Assembly: GCF_001194135.2 (NCBI RefSeq)
Contig: NC_068986.1
Coordinates: 7,212,751 to 7,276,750 of the forward strand
Length of the DNA stretch: 64,000 nucleotides
Source: Octopus bimaculoides
Lineage: Eukaryota
Direction: 5' to 3'
The notes below the pieces were generated by a model that was not told the DNA's origin, did not search any database, and was given only the letters and a program-made list of their open reading frames with translations. Positions within the stretch are counted from its first letter, which is position 1. Every line of letters begins with the position of its first letter. Below, piece after piece: positions 37,689-50,700 of the stretch. A program made the translations under genes and the position numbers.

Positions 37689-38729
37689 ATTACCTCCACC
37701 TTAGCGAAGGTGGAAATATTGTTTCTACTCATGTTTGTTTGTCCATGGACAAGATATCTCAAGAACTGCTTGATGGATTCAGATGAAACCTTCAGGGATG
37801 TTTGGCCTTGTGACTGGCATGAACTGATTAGATTTTGGGATCAATCCGGTGCCAGACAAGGATTATTTGTTATATTTACTTTACATAAAGTATTATGATC
37901 TTATGTTCACTTTCAAGTCTTTCTCTGATTATTTTCCTTGAAAGCATGCTCATGGTTTCCATGTAAGATATGGGAGCATTGCTGTTTTCAAAGTTTTATT
38001 TTCGTTTCTCTATTATCAATTTTACTCGCATCTCTATCTTAGTAGAAACTGATGGATAAAGAAATTAAACTTCATCAACAAACAACAGCAAAACCGTTCA
38101 GAAATTAAATAACATTAACATATTCAGTAACAATGATAAATTTAATTTATCCTCAACAATTTTTAGTTTGACCAATTTTGAATATATCGCTCCTCTTTAA
38201 AACCTCTTACCTACTTGACAATCGCATTTCTAGTTCTGCCTTGAAGGCAGCTTTACTTCTTGGACTTATGTTGTTGTGTGCAACGATGTTGTTAAACCTC
38301 CGTTAACAGCACCGTATGCAGCACCTTTCCATTTTCATTCATGCACAGATAAATTTTTCACTATAGACCTTAATGGCTGTAAAGACACTATATCAGGGGA
38401 CAGACTAAAAACGGCCTTCATAGAAAAAACTGTCCCTGTTCCCACTGCAGATGGCACACGCACACAGCATTACAAACATGGCCTGCACACCCACCCTCAC
38501 ATTCCATGACTACCATTGGGATCGATCAGGTACCGGACAAGGATTCTGGATTATTTTTCCGTTTTTTTTTTTACTTAATTTTTGAGAACGGTCGGGTTCA
38601 TTTTTAGTATTCTTGTTTGTGAGAGCAGTTATTTCGGATATTCTCATTTTAATAATCATCTCTGGCTAATCATCGAGAGGACGTTGGTGTTGCCTTGGCA
38701 GAGGTTTGTGCTCTCTGAGTGCTCTTGTT
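37689..38729 (+). mobile_element. Non-autonomous Helentron/HINE(DINE-1)-like element in two parts, flanking a foreign insert
   Basis: 5' attacctccaccttagcgaaggtgga (8-bp hairpin 37695-37714), gtttgtttgtcc microsatellite, and a core ttgggatc.atc.ggt.cc.gacaaggatt present twice (37835-37863, 38516-38545). 3' ggcagaggtttgtgctctctgagtgctcttgtt. Family assignment is inferred. Confidence 0.55.
38197..38430 (+). mobile_element. Gypsy/Ty3 LTR-retrotransposon pol C-terminal (GPY/F) fragment
   Basis: NDVVKPPLTAPYAAPFHFHSCTDKFFTIDLNGCKDTISGDRLKTAFIE resembles R.D.VKPPL.PPYDGP+.V..RTDK.F.+..NG..DTVS+DRLKPAF. Confidence 0.8.
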
Positions 38730-41007
38730 TAGATTTGATTTCACACTTATCAACAGTTTTATTAGTTTGTCTATTATAATAAAGAATGTTTTTTCTCCCT
38801 TTTGATTAGGATTCTAATTTGGAAATATTCACATGATACAATTGACTTGCAACATGCCATAAATTATTTAATCATATCTTATTGACAATTTTATTGAACT
38901 GTCTCTTGTCCAACTTCTTGTTAGGTTGCAATAATGAGAAAACATCTATTAATTTAATTATATGTTTCAAGTTGAAAACTTTTCTTTTTCTGCGCTGTCT
39001 TTAGGTCAGTCCTTTTCTCTGCTGACTTGTTTAACATCTTTTCCCCTCTATCTCAAGTGTTAGCTTATCATAGTCAAATGGTCTTATTTTAAATTGCCAT
39101 AAAAATGATAATTTTTTTTTCTCTGGTTTCTTAATCTGTTTCTATGTTAGTATCATTATCTTTTATTAGTTTCCTTTGAACTCACAGCAACATTTTTAGA
39201 ATACACTTCACTTTATTAGAAAATCTAATTATTGCTTTAAGTATTTTAATATAATCTAGAATATACCCAAACAAATCAAAATAGGTAAATACAAAGTTTT
39301 CATTACTATTTAGTATTTTGCAAAGCTTTTCAAACAAGTTTATTAAAATCTGATTCTTAAACTTTCAATCTATTCAGTGATATGGAGAGCAACTTTCAAT
39401 ATATTTCACTTTTGTTAACATGTGCTCTATCATTTATTTAATTACATCTGGTCTTAGTCAAAAAGTATTTTAAATTGAACTATTTTCACATCAAATAAAT
39501 GTTTTGTCATGGCTGTTCTTTGCTTTTTCTCACAATTTATTCTATTTGCATAGTTTGAGAAGTTTTCTCTTGTCTTGATAGCTTCTGCTTCCTCTCTGAC
39601 CCCCTTCCTACATAAAGTGATTGAATAGTGAAATTCAACCTGTCCTGTGTTTTTCAATTACATTAAACTATATACTTTTTAGATGCATGAAACATTTCTT
39701 TTGAATTGGTACCAGAAAGAAGTTAATTGTATTTCTTGTTTGAATTATTTCCTAGCAATGAAAGCAAGTTAACTGTTACCACTTTTGCCTCTTCACATTA
39801 TTATTATTTATTCAAAAGAAAACTTTCCTGTTGACACAGATTATTTTCAAATATTCTGAATTCAATTCTTTGTAGTTTACTCAAACTTTATATATACTGA
39901 AATAAAAGAAATATTCAGCATTTTAATTCCACATCTTAACAGAATATTGCAGTGAATGTCATTGTTTAGCTTTTAATCATTTTGGTTATTCCCAGTTACA
40001 AGTATTAATACTTCACTCAGCATAAGAAATTGGTTTGTGGCAGATTGGAGTTCCATCTGGCACAGTCTACTTTCTTATTTCAATCCATTTTAAGTAATTA
40101 GATTAATCTTTCATAGTTTTAATTACTCATGTAATTTGCAAAGTAATAGTGAAGCCCCAGCATGGCCATAGTCCTTAAAACAAAAAACAAATGTATTCTG
40201 TTTTATACCAGTAAACATTTCTTGTCTTTCAATGATTTTGTCAGAATGAAACCAATGGCAGAAGATCAGAGATACTTATTATGTCAGTCTTTTGTAAGAA
40301 ATGAAATACTTCTAAAAAAGATGCTTTGGTGTTTAAAGAAATTTCACAGTAATTAAAACCTGGTAACTTGAAGGAAGTGGTCCTTCAACAGATCTTGCTA
40401 AACCCATTTGTGTCCAATTCACATAAGCTTATTATGATAAATGTATGGTTTTAGAAGAAGAATATAGATTAAAATATTACTTCTGTAACAGTCTGATGAA
40501 ACTTTATTCCACCTATGTTGATTGGGACTGCCATTTGTACAAACTACACTAGCAGTTTTTTGGATCTGGTTGTAGGACATTTTGCCATTATCATTTTTGT
40601 TGTAGTGAAATTCGCTGTGAAAAAAATATACTGACAAAAAAAAAAAATGCTGTTTTCTTAAAATTGCAACTTCCTCAACTAATCTACCAATTAGAGAAAG
40701 ATAGTTTCTTTAAAATGAGTTCTCTAGTTTACAGTTTGCGTATGTGCCTCCTTTATGGGAAAATTTGCTGTAGGAAATTTTACCCTGGCAAAAATGTTTG
40801 TGGTGAATTTTCTGGACATAAAAAGATCTATTAGAACTTGTTTTAAATTTTTTTTGCTGTTATGGAGTATAACTTGGTGGTTGTTACTACAATCAACATT
40901 TTTTATTATTTAATTGATGTTGAAAATAAATTTTACTTTATTAATTGTAGAATTGTACTTAAATTTATTCATTATTTTTCTATTTTTATGTTGTTGTTTC
41001 TTTACAG

Positions 41008-41130
41008 GGTCACAGTCGAATGGTTTGTTCTGTAACCTGGGCTGAAGAAAGTTCTTTGTGCCACCTCTTCTCATGTGGATTTGATCGTCAAGTTTTGGGC
41101 TGGCAAATAAATGTTGCTGCTAAGGAATAG
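41008..41130 (+). CDS. WDR37: Terminal coding exon of WD repeat-containing protein 37
   Basis: Polypyrimidine acceptor tttctttacAG at 41006-41007. Translates GHSRMVCSVTWAEESSLCHLFSCGFDRQVLGWQINVAAKE*, matching the recalled vertebrate WDR37 C-terminus [43 protein letters not shown]. Phase-0 start; stop TAG at 41128-41130. Confidence 0.9.
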   Translation, partial: GHSRMVCSVTWAEESSLCHLFSCGFDRQVLGWQINVAAKE

Positions 41131-41528
41131 TAAGAATAGTAAGAATATTTGTAAAAGAATATTTCCAGTCATTGAAGATATAAGACATTTATTAGAATGT
41201 ATTTCCGTTTTAGTTTGTTTTCAAAGAATTTGTCCACCAGTTGTTTCGGGTAACAACTTGCCTCTTCACATGTTTGGTAAAGCTTGGCTGTCTTTCATTG
41301 GATGCTTATATGTCTGGTAAGGCAAGTTTAACATTAAAGCTATGGAGTTTAACATCTCAATCAACTAGCTATGCTATTAAAATAACCATACATACATACA
41401 GACAGATGCATATGCCCACACACACAGTCTTTTAATGCTTTCAATCTTTGACCATACTGGAGCACTCCTTTAAAAGGTATTGTTGATATTGACATGAACT
41501 AACTTTATTGATCTTTGGTTTTGAACAA

Positions 41529-41564
<36 letters not shown>

Positions 41565-42544
41565 GGTGTGTGTTTGCATTAATTTTATATATACACACAC
41601 AAACACACACAGATATAAATACATAGGATATTACCCCCAAAATGTATACATACATTGAATGTCTATAAAGTCAGTGTTTATTAAAATGCATTTCATTTTC
41701 AAAATTTAATAGAATCTATAGATGATTTAACTTTTTTATGAATGACCATTCTGTTCCACTTCTGATAATGTGGAGCAATGGAATTGCAAACATCAAGAAA
41801 TATTTTGTTTGATATTTGTGTGCATTCTCATTCAATGAATGAATTCATTGACTGTCACTGCTTTTGTACCATAAACCTTGTCCTTTAGTAACCCTATAAA
41901 AAAAAAAATAGTTCTTCCAGTATGTTCCTTGTGGACATTATGAACAGTTCCATCTACTTCAAACTTATCTCTAATTCAAGTGATAGTAAATCGCATAGGT
42001 GTACCTGTTTGAAACTCCTTTCTACACTGTCTTTGCACTTTCACTGCATTTTCAAACTTTCAATAGCACTTGAGAGTAAATTTTCTTCTTTTCACTAGTT
42101 CTAATGAGTTAAATTGAAAAAGAAACGAAAATTGAGTCATTAGCTGTTAAAGTGTGTACACAGTTTGTTTTGGGCACCCTCTGTATGTATGTGGATATAT
42201 GGAGTTAAAATTACAATATTATGCAAAAAGAAAAAAAAATCAAGCAGCTTATAGATATTTCTGTATTATCAGCTAGAAGCCCCTCCCTCCCTGGCTGATA
42301 ATACATTTATCTCTTCCATTAGGAATTCATCTGCAATGTAATTCTTAATAGTTAGGCTTATTTTATTACTTCGTTCTATGTACCAGTGAGAATTATTCCT
42401 AACACTGACAGAAGAGTTCCTCATTCAACAGATGGCCATGTTGAGAAAGTATATTGCTGTAATCAATGTGGAATGTAAACTGCTTGCTTGGTCAGTGGGA
42501 AGATCTCAAATGGGTTTTTGCAATGCTATAATGTTTGATAAAGG

Positions 42545-42601
<57 letters not shown>

Positions 42602-44829
42602 GAAACAAAACTAAACACATTTACACGAGGTGTGTGTGTGTTGATAATTCTTTGGGTGACTGTGTTTTTTCTCTTTTTAGGCATAAGAGAATATATTCTC
42701 AATGCTGTTGGTGTAAAAATACCTGAAAGCAAGTCATAGCAAGGTGTTTTTACACTAAAGGCATTGAGAATATTTTCCCTTACACTTAAAAAATGCAGCC
42801 ACCCAACAAACTAACAATACACACACTTTGTGTATGTGTGTTTGACTTTGTTTACATACCTTGAGTGGTTTCTAATTAATATTTGAAAAAATATATATGT
42901 AAAATCATTACCATTTAACACTTGTTTTCTGTGATGGTACTGGTTGATGCCTGCTTTGGTTTGGTTTTCTGCCTAATACCTGACATTAGTGAGGTCTCCA
43001 GGTAACTCACAAGTCCCACAATCTTGCAGGTTATAATATTGAAGGATATGGCTTTATGCTCAGGTGATGAAAGGTTAAAGTATGATGGAAGGATAAGTAA
43101 AGAGAGAAGTGTCGCTGATTTATGTCACCCTAGGTATGCATAGGGAGGGAGGGAGAGAGGCAAAAGTGAAAAGGGTGAGACAGACATGAAGAGAGAGAGG
43201 TAGTAAAGACATTAAACCTAAAATAGAAGAGGAAAATAGTCTTAGGTGAATGCTTTGGAGGAAGGACTGAAAGAGGGAGTTTTTATGTTTCAGTCAATGG
43301 TCCTTCAAGAATAAGAATGCAAAAGAGAATAAAAAATTTAAGAAATTTATTTTTGCATTAAAAGCCTGAATTTTATTATAGGTAAGTTTTTTGAAAATAT
43401 TTTGGAAATAAGGAGCTTAAAATTTGCTGATGTATTAGAGACACCCAGAGATTGACCTGGGTATGAATCATAGACTTTCTCTCTAAAATAATGAGCTAGA
43501 ATTTCAAGAATTTTTGATGAAATCATATCAACCACTGGAGTTGCTTTTAAATGTATATTTTAATTTTTTTTTTACAGTACTTTGTGTTTGAAACCCTTTG
43601 CTATCATATGATAGATAATGGTCCATATTTTCATCCAATGAGGAAAAGAATAAAAATTAGTTTATGGAAGTTGAAATAAATTATGTTGAGGGGTGACAGC
43701 AAAAGCTATATGCAAAATATTTGGAAGAGAAAGTAAACGAAAACCTAGCAGTAGTTGTGAATGTCTAAGAAACAATGGAGGTAATTTGAAGAAATCAATT
43801 AATCTCCCAAAGTTGCATGTTTAGTGAGTGGTAAGTGTGACCCTCATTTGTAGGCAAGGGTCATAATTTTTGACATGTTTCAGTCTAATTAGATTCCATC
43901 AGCAGTCTCACCAAGCCTGCTGAGTAGTTCACAAAGATTTTTACAAAAAGAAAAACAGGAAGAATTTTGGACCAATATAATTTGCATAATTAAAAAGAAA
44001 AATGGGCTAAGAGAAATAATTCAAATAGTACATGAATTTGGTGAATTAAATTACGGGCTGAAATACTGAATGTTGCACTAGAACCCCCACCCACTTTGAT
44101 TAAAGAAAGGAAACGAAGTTTGGAGCATCTAGCGAAGGAAATTGGAAAAACTAGAAGTAAATCAAATGTTTGGAATAAATGTCAGATATTTGTGAAAGAC
44201 AACCACATTAACCATTCCAGCAACATCAGCAGCAGCTACTACAAAAACAAATAACCAATGATAAAATTTCAGAAATAACATGTGACAAAAGTAATAACCC
44301 TGTGAAAAAGACCATCAGCGTCCAGATTAAATATAACAAAATAGCCTTACAACAAACTTCACCATAGCAACGACTATAAATTTAATAAATACAAAAATCA
44401 ACGAAGTTATACCAAGATTTTCTTTAGAATATAAACAAAACTGAAATGAAGTGTTACACCCCACCACCACCACCAACTTCACTGTAGCAGATGTAGTCAG
44501 TTCCAGGCACTGATCTCCATTTGTATCAATGGAGTTTGCTGATATTTGCAACTGTATTTTTAAATGCTATTTTTCAGCTATTGAGTGCTGCTATGTTGTT
44601 ATATCATTGAATAAATTAAACAGTTTCATGGCTTCATGTTTTGTATTGAATATTGTTCATCAGAAAACTGCTTAACAAGCTCAGTTTTCTTTTTTTTTTT
44701 TTTCCGTGTGTGTGGATAAGTGAATGCGTGTGTGTATGTATTGTAGACAGTATTCTCAATCATTTTGACAGCCATGGCAGGAAATAGTTTTGATGATAGA
44801 TGAACATCATCAAACAATGTTAGAGTTTG

Positions 44830-45345
44830 TTGGTCCCTGGTATTTCCAGAACTGCTATGGTAAGACACTAAAACAGAAATGGTTAGTCTCTGGCATTGCT
44901 AGAACTGCTAGGGATGTCCAACTAAAACAGAAACAGTTTTCTCTGGATTTGCTAAAACTTTTATGGTAAGTAATTAAAAAGTTCCTTTTCGGTAGAAATC
45001 CTAGAACAGAATGTGTTCGTCTCTAGTATTGTTAGAAGTATTATGATATACAACTAATACACTGTCTCTTGTATATTATTGCTCAAACTTTGGGGATAAT
45101 AAATCAACTGGAGTTGTTAAACTCTGGGGTGCTGAGAACTGCTATGATAACTAAAACTTAAGCAGTTTTTTTTTTTTTTGGCCTTGCTACCACAGTTATC
45201 CTTGCTACCACAGTTATGCTAGAAAAATAGTCTTCTGTTGCATTGTTAGAACTTATAAGCAACTACAAAAGAGACAATTTGTCTCTGGCACAGCTAGAAA
45301 TGTTACTCTAAGCAACTAAAGCAGCAACTGTTAGTCTCTGAGTTA
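44830..45345. repeat. Degenerate tandem array, about 50-55-bp unit, about 10 copies
   Basis: Recurring ctctgg..ttgctagaact..tatg...aactaaaacaga...gttagt units. Confidence 0.7.
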
Positions 45346-45494
45346 TGTACCTTAATACTTCTTGCAATGCCAACTCTGATAACATGTCATTTGGCTAAAC
45401 AGTTGTTAATTCTGGATTAAACAACTAGATTTTTAAAAATTAAACTGAACTGCATGTGCAATAATGGACCTAAGATTGTGCTTGTATTTCAATT

Positions 45495-48400
45495 TCTTTT
45501 TAGGCCTCTGTCGGTCATGGCTGACCATGGATGATGTCATCTGTCCGTTGAGTTGTCTATTCAGTTTTTGCAACGCCTCCTGTGGTTGTAGAAACCGATG
45601 TGAGAGTGGCAGTCTCGTTTGCAGAGGTCACACCTATACGTTGAATCCAGTCTGTTGGCTATCATTTCTCTTCTGCGGGCTCGGTTTTCAGCTGCTGCCA
45701 CCTTCAAATTCTCTTCGCCGGTCTGCAGTTGTTTATGAAGAGTGCCTCTCCAGCTGGTTCGGTCGGCTGCTAGATCCTCCCAGGAATTGGTGTTGATACC
45801 AAGTGCCTTCATATCCCTCCTGCACATGTCCCTGTACCTCAGCTTCGGGCGGCCAATGTTTCTCTGCCCTGCGACAAGCTCTCCGTAAAGGACATCCTTT
45901 GGGATTCGACCATCCTCCATACGGCGAACGTGGCCAATCCAGCGCAGCCGACGTTGTCTTAGTAAGGTGAGCATGGTGGGGAGGCCAGCACAAGACAGAA
46001 CGCCAGTATTGGTTACTTTGTCTTGCCAGAGGATGCCGAGCATGCGTCGGAGGCTTCTGAGGGGCAAGGTGTTGAGCCATTTCTCCTGGCGGGCGTACAT
46101 GGTCCATGTCTCGCTGCCGTATATCAGATTGCTGAGGACGCAAGCACTGTACACAGCCATTTTCGTTTTCACTGTTAGCTTGGGGTTTGTCTACACGCTT
46201 GGTGTGAGGCGAGCATATGTTGTGGCTGCCTTCCTGATCCTCTTGTCTATCTCAGTATCTAGGGAGAGGTTGTCGGTGATAGTGGAACCAAGGTACATGA
46301 ACTGGTGGACAATCTCGAGCTCATAGTTGTCGATGGTGATGACAGGTGGTTCCGGCGTGACTTGACCCATAACGTTTGTCTTCTTCAGACTGAGAGTCAC
46401 CCCAATTTTTTTTTTCAGGCCTGAGCTAAGCAATCCATCAGCAGCTGCAGTTCCCAACCTCAGCGAATAGCGTGTCTCTAATGAAGACTTCGCGGACCTT
46501 TGTCCTCGCTTTTAGGCAAGCAAGATTGAACAGCCTACCATCCGATCTCGTCCGTAAGTATATTCCCTCTTGTGCTGTGCCAAATGCATTTCTCAGGAGG
46601 AATGAAAAGATCTCGAAAAGGTTGGGGCGAGTACGCAGCCTTGCTTGACCCCGTTGCGTATGTCGAACGGCTGGGAGAGGTTGCCGTTGAACTGCGCAGT
46701 CCCTTTCATGCTGGAGTGGAAAGACTCGATTAAGCTGTGCAGTTTTGGAGGACAGCCGATCTTTCGGAGAGCCTTGAAAAGACCGTCTCTGCTAACAAGA
46801 TCAAAGGCTTTGGTGAGGTCAATGAATGCGACGTAGAGGGGCATCTGCTGCTCTCTGCACTTCTCCTGGAGATGGCGAAGGGTGAAGACCATGTCTACCG
46901 TGGATCTTTCAGCTCGGAAGCCACACTGTGATTCTGGGTAGATACGTTCAGCCAGCTTCTGCAAACGGATCAACAGGACCTGAACGTAGACTTTACCAAC
47001 TACGCTAAGGAGGGAGGTACCTCTGTAGTTGTTGCAGTCACTTCTGTCATCCTTGCTCTTGTAAAGGGTGATGATTTTAGCGTCCTCGTGTCTTGGGGCA
47101 CGCTTCCCTCCTTCCAGCACTAGCAGAAAACCTCATGCAAGGGGTGTAGCAAGGTAGACTTGCAGTGCTTGATGAGGTCTGGAGGAATACTGTCGCTGTC
47201 TGGTGCCTTGCCTGCGGTCAAACTGTCAACGGCCTTACTGAGCTCGTCCGTGGTAGGCTCTGCGTCGAGCTCTTCCATCACTGGTATGCACTCGATGGCG
47301 TCAAGGGCTGCAGGAGTCACAGTTGCCTCTCCAGAATAGAGGTCAGAGTAGTGCTCCACCCATCTCTCTATCTGCCTGCTCTGGTCGGTTATGATTTCCC
47401 CGGTGTTGGATTTGAGGGGGGGGGGGCGTTCTTGTTTTGTGTTGGTCCCAGTGCCTTCTTGATACCATCGTACATGACTCTGATGTTGCCTGTTGCAGCG
47501 GCCGTCTGAATCCTTTCACTGAGCTCTGTCCAGTACTCGTTGGCGTAGCGCCTGGTGGTGTTCTGAACCTTGCTCCTGGCCGCCTTGAGGATCTGCAGGT
47601 TTTTCTCAGTGGGTGACCGCTTGTATTCTGCAAGTGCGGCGCGCTTGGCCTCAATGACGGGGTTCATCGTGGACGACTTGGCATCAAACCAGTCATGTAG
47701 CTTCGAAGCCCTCTTCCCAAAAGTTGCCAGGGTGGTGCGGTGGATGGTGTCTCGCAGAGTTTCTCACTTCTCTGTGGCGGTATCTCCGGCCTGCGATGCA
47801 TCGTATACTTCTTCAAAGGCCTATGCGAACTGTTCCACAAGATCGAGCTGAGTCATCTTGCTAACGTCAATGCACGAGGTCCCCGGCTTCTTTGCACTGT
47901 GGAACCTTTTTGGTTGCAGCCTGATTTTGCAGCATACCAGGGAGTGGTCTGTGTCGCAGTCCGCATTGCAGTAAGAGCGTGTATGGAGAATGTTTTTTAT
48001 GGCAGCACGCCTGACCACAATCAGATCCAGTTGGTGCCAGTGCTTTGAGTGCGGGTGCCTCCAGGAGACCTTGTGTTGGGGTTTCGTTTTGAAGAAGGAG
48101 TTGGTAATGCACAGGTTGTGAAGGGCACAAAGCTCGAGCAGTCGCTGACCATTCTCAATGAGTCTTCCCACTCCAAACGAACCAAGGCAAGAAGGCTACG
48201 AGTCGCTGTCTGCGCTCACTCTGGCGTTGAAGTCGCCCAGGAGAATAAGCTGTTCGGCATTTGGTATATTCCTGATGGTAGATGAAAGGTTCTCGTAGAA
48301 CTCATCCTTGGTGTCCGAAGTGGCGGACAGCGTTGGGGCATACACACTGACAAGGTTGACGGGGCCTTCGGTGGTGTTAAGGAGGAGTGTTAGGAGTCGC

Positions 48401-48972
48401 GCAGAGCCGCCGCTGTTCGGTTCTACCATATTCAGCAAGCTGTTCCTTACTGTAAAGTCAACTCCATGCTCTCTGGGTTCATCAAAGTTCTTTCCTCGCC
48501 AGAAGAATGTGTCGTCCTTTTCCTTCAGTGTGCTTGCACCAGCTAGCCGGGTTTCTTGCAGGGTGGCAATGCCGACACCCAGTCTTTTGAGCTCGTCGTT
48601 GATGACAGCTGTTTTCCTGGCGTCACGGACATCCCGCAGATCTTGGGGAAAAACCGGGCATCATTGACCGGACATTCCAACATCCTAGTTTTAGAGCCGG
48701 TCTCTTTCTTGAAGGTCTTATTTTGTTGTTAACTGGTGCTGTGACTAACGGTCTGCTTGTCGGATGTTTTCCTAATCCCCATGCACCCAATGAGGATGGC
48801 AGACCGTGACGGGACAACACCTTAGTGGCTGGGGGGCTGCCCAGCTTGGGGCAGGCGGTAGTTGTCCAGTGTGACTCGAAGATCTCTCCCACCCTCGGAA
48901 GCAACCCCTGGCGCCACACATCACGCCAATTGAGTGAAGGCTTATAACCGGTATCTGTTGCTCCCCGTGTTC
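45495..48972 (-). mobile_element. Near full-length RTE (BovB-like) LINE, about 3.5 kb, frameshifted APE-RT ORF
   Basis: ALKLGCWNVRSM, LVSVYAPTLSATSDTKDEFY, LILLGDFNARV, KVSWRHPHSKHWHQLDLI, DCDTDHSLV, NYRGTSLLSVVGK, ESQCGFRAERSTVDM, AFIDLTKAFDLV, GVKQGCVLAPT, YLGSTI, LRWIGHVRRMEDGRIPKD, and a C-terminal CDLCKRDCHSHIGFYNH zinc finger. Confidence 0.95.
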
Positions 48973-50399
48973 AAAACCTTTAATAGAATGTCTCTAAATT
49001 CCTGTTTACTGAGTGTTTGAGTTTCTGTATCTTTCTTTGCCAGACTGGCTTGTGTCTGAGTCCTTGCTGTAAGTCTGGAATCCCTATAATTTGAAATTGA
49101 TTTTGTCCAGGCCACAATAGTGTAAGGGACTACAAAGAAGGAAAAGAAGAGACTTACAAATTCAAAAGAGGTTGACTGATAGAAAGATTAAAAGATTGAA
49201 CAGCATTGTTCAGAAAAAAACAAAACAAAGCTGGTGAGATCCAAAGAGAAACAGTTCAAAAAAGGTTAAACTGACATTACTAACAAAATCTCAACAGAGA
49301 AACTATGTGCGTAGGAAGAGTAGCGGATGACAGGCTTGAAGATCTTGACAGAGGGCACCAGGCCACAAAGTTCATCAGAGCAACGATCACGGATTTATGT
49401 GATAGTTGAGTGTGTGTGTGCGAAGATGCCCACAAACACAATAAGCTTCTCGTTCTTATATAAAATGAAGATGACAAGCTTTGGAGGATGTAGTTGACTT
49501 GTTGCTCCAATTACAATTAGTAATACAGTAGCCTTTACTGCATTGCACCAATGTGTCCTTTCAAATGAGTGATAAAACACTTCCATGTTGGTATCCATAG
49601 TTACTCAAAGGAGGTTTATGAACACATCAATGTTACAGAGATATGCGACAACAAACAAAATAACTTGTCGAAATATACTTATAATTGAGGTCATGAACGT
49701 GGACGTTGTTTTATTTTTTGTAAAAAAAAACAAAGATTTGTAACGGTATATATAAGAGCGTCCAAGTTGGACTTATATATTTACGTATCGACAAAATGGA
49801 AAAAAACAAACTTGTGACTAAAGTTAAACATTGATGTGAAAGTACATCAAACTTAACGATACACTGACTACTTGATACTTTTGCTTAAAGCAAGGAAGGA
49901 AACAAGAAGAATGGGTAATTGAAAAAAAAACTTTGCTGTCTTGTACTATGCATCAATGTAACAAGGTGTTATTTTGTCAGTGAAGTATTTAAAAAGTTTG
50001 CTTTTTAGCCAGGAAATAAAGCTTTTACAAAATCAATAATACATACTTCAGATAAAATACTAAGAAACGATGACCAAAGTGAAATCAGCGTTTATTGGAT
50101 AGAGATCTAATCGTAAATAAAGTAAGACATTTCCAAGTGAGAATGTTTCCTGCACAGCTCAAAATATTGGGTTAGAAAATGAACTACTTGTGAACACTGA
50201 AGAGAAGGATTAGTTCATGAAATCATGAAGCACCATGAAACTGGAATAACATGAGTTAGTATTGACAAGATTACTCGTAGAAAATGAAAAACAAACAAAT
50301 CTCAGTTGTGATGACAGACTTTGATACAGTTCAATTTTACTTTGAAAAGTTATAAAATGTTCCAACTTTGAATCCCTTTACGATCTAATTAATTCTCCT

Positions 50400-50700
50400 C
50401 TTGTATTCACTGAAATCTTCATAAAAAGGGATTGCAGGAAGTGATATCAGCAACCATCTGTTGAAAAAGATGAAACCAGATGAAATTTGCTGAATAAGAT
50501 GAAATCTCTTTGGATGTGCTTCAAAGATTTTTGTATCAATCTTCTAATTGTGAATTTCATAATCATCTGCCAGATGAATGGACCAAGTCTATAATAACAG
50601 CAATCTTGACGCAAAGAAACAGCAACCTGCCAGAAAAGAGGTTTATGTATCTCGGTGCAAACACTCTTTGAGAAATACAAAACTGAAAGAATTCCTTCAC
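50400..50700 (+). mobile_element. Old LINE ORF2 remnant
   Basis: HLPDEWTKSIITAILTQRNSNLPE resembles LINE 'P.EW..SII.PI.KKG....PENYR'. Confidence 0.45.

Noticed and set aside
37635-40510. Other isolated CTGATGA heptamers (e.g. about 37640, about 40494; also about 9050 and 14953)
   Set aside because: No stem II followed by GAAA, so not hammerheads.
43347-44868. Minus-strand ORFs 43347-43535, 44327-44551 and 44626-44868 as exons
   Set aside because: No recognisable homology, splice signals are weak on that strand, and 44626-44868 overlaps a tandem array and poly-T.
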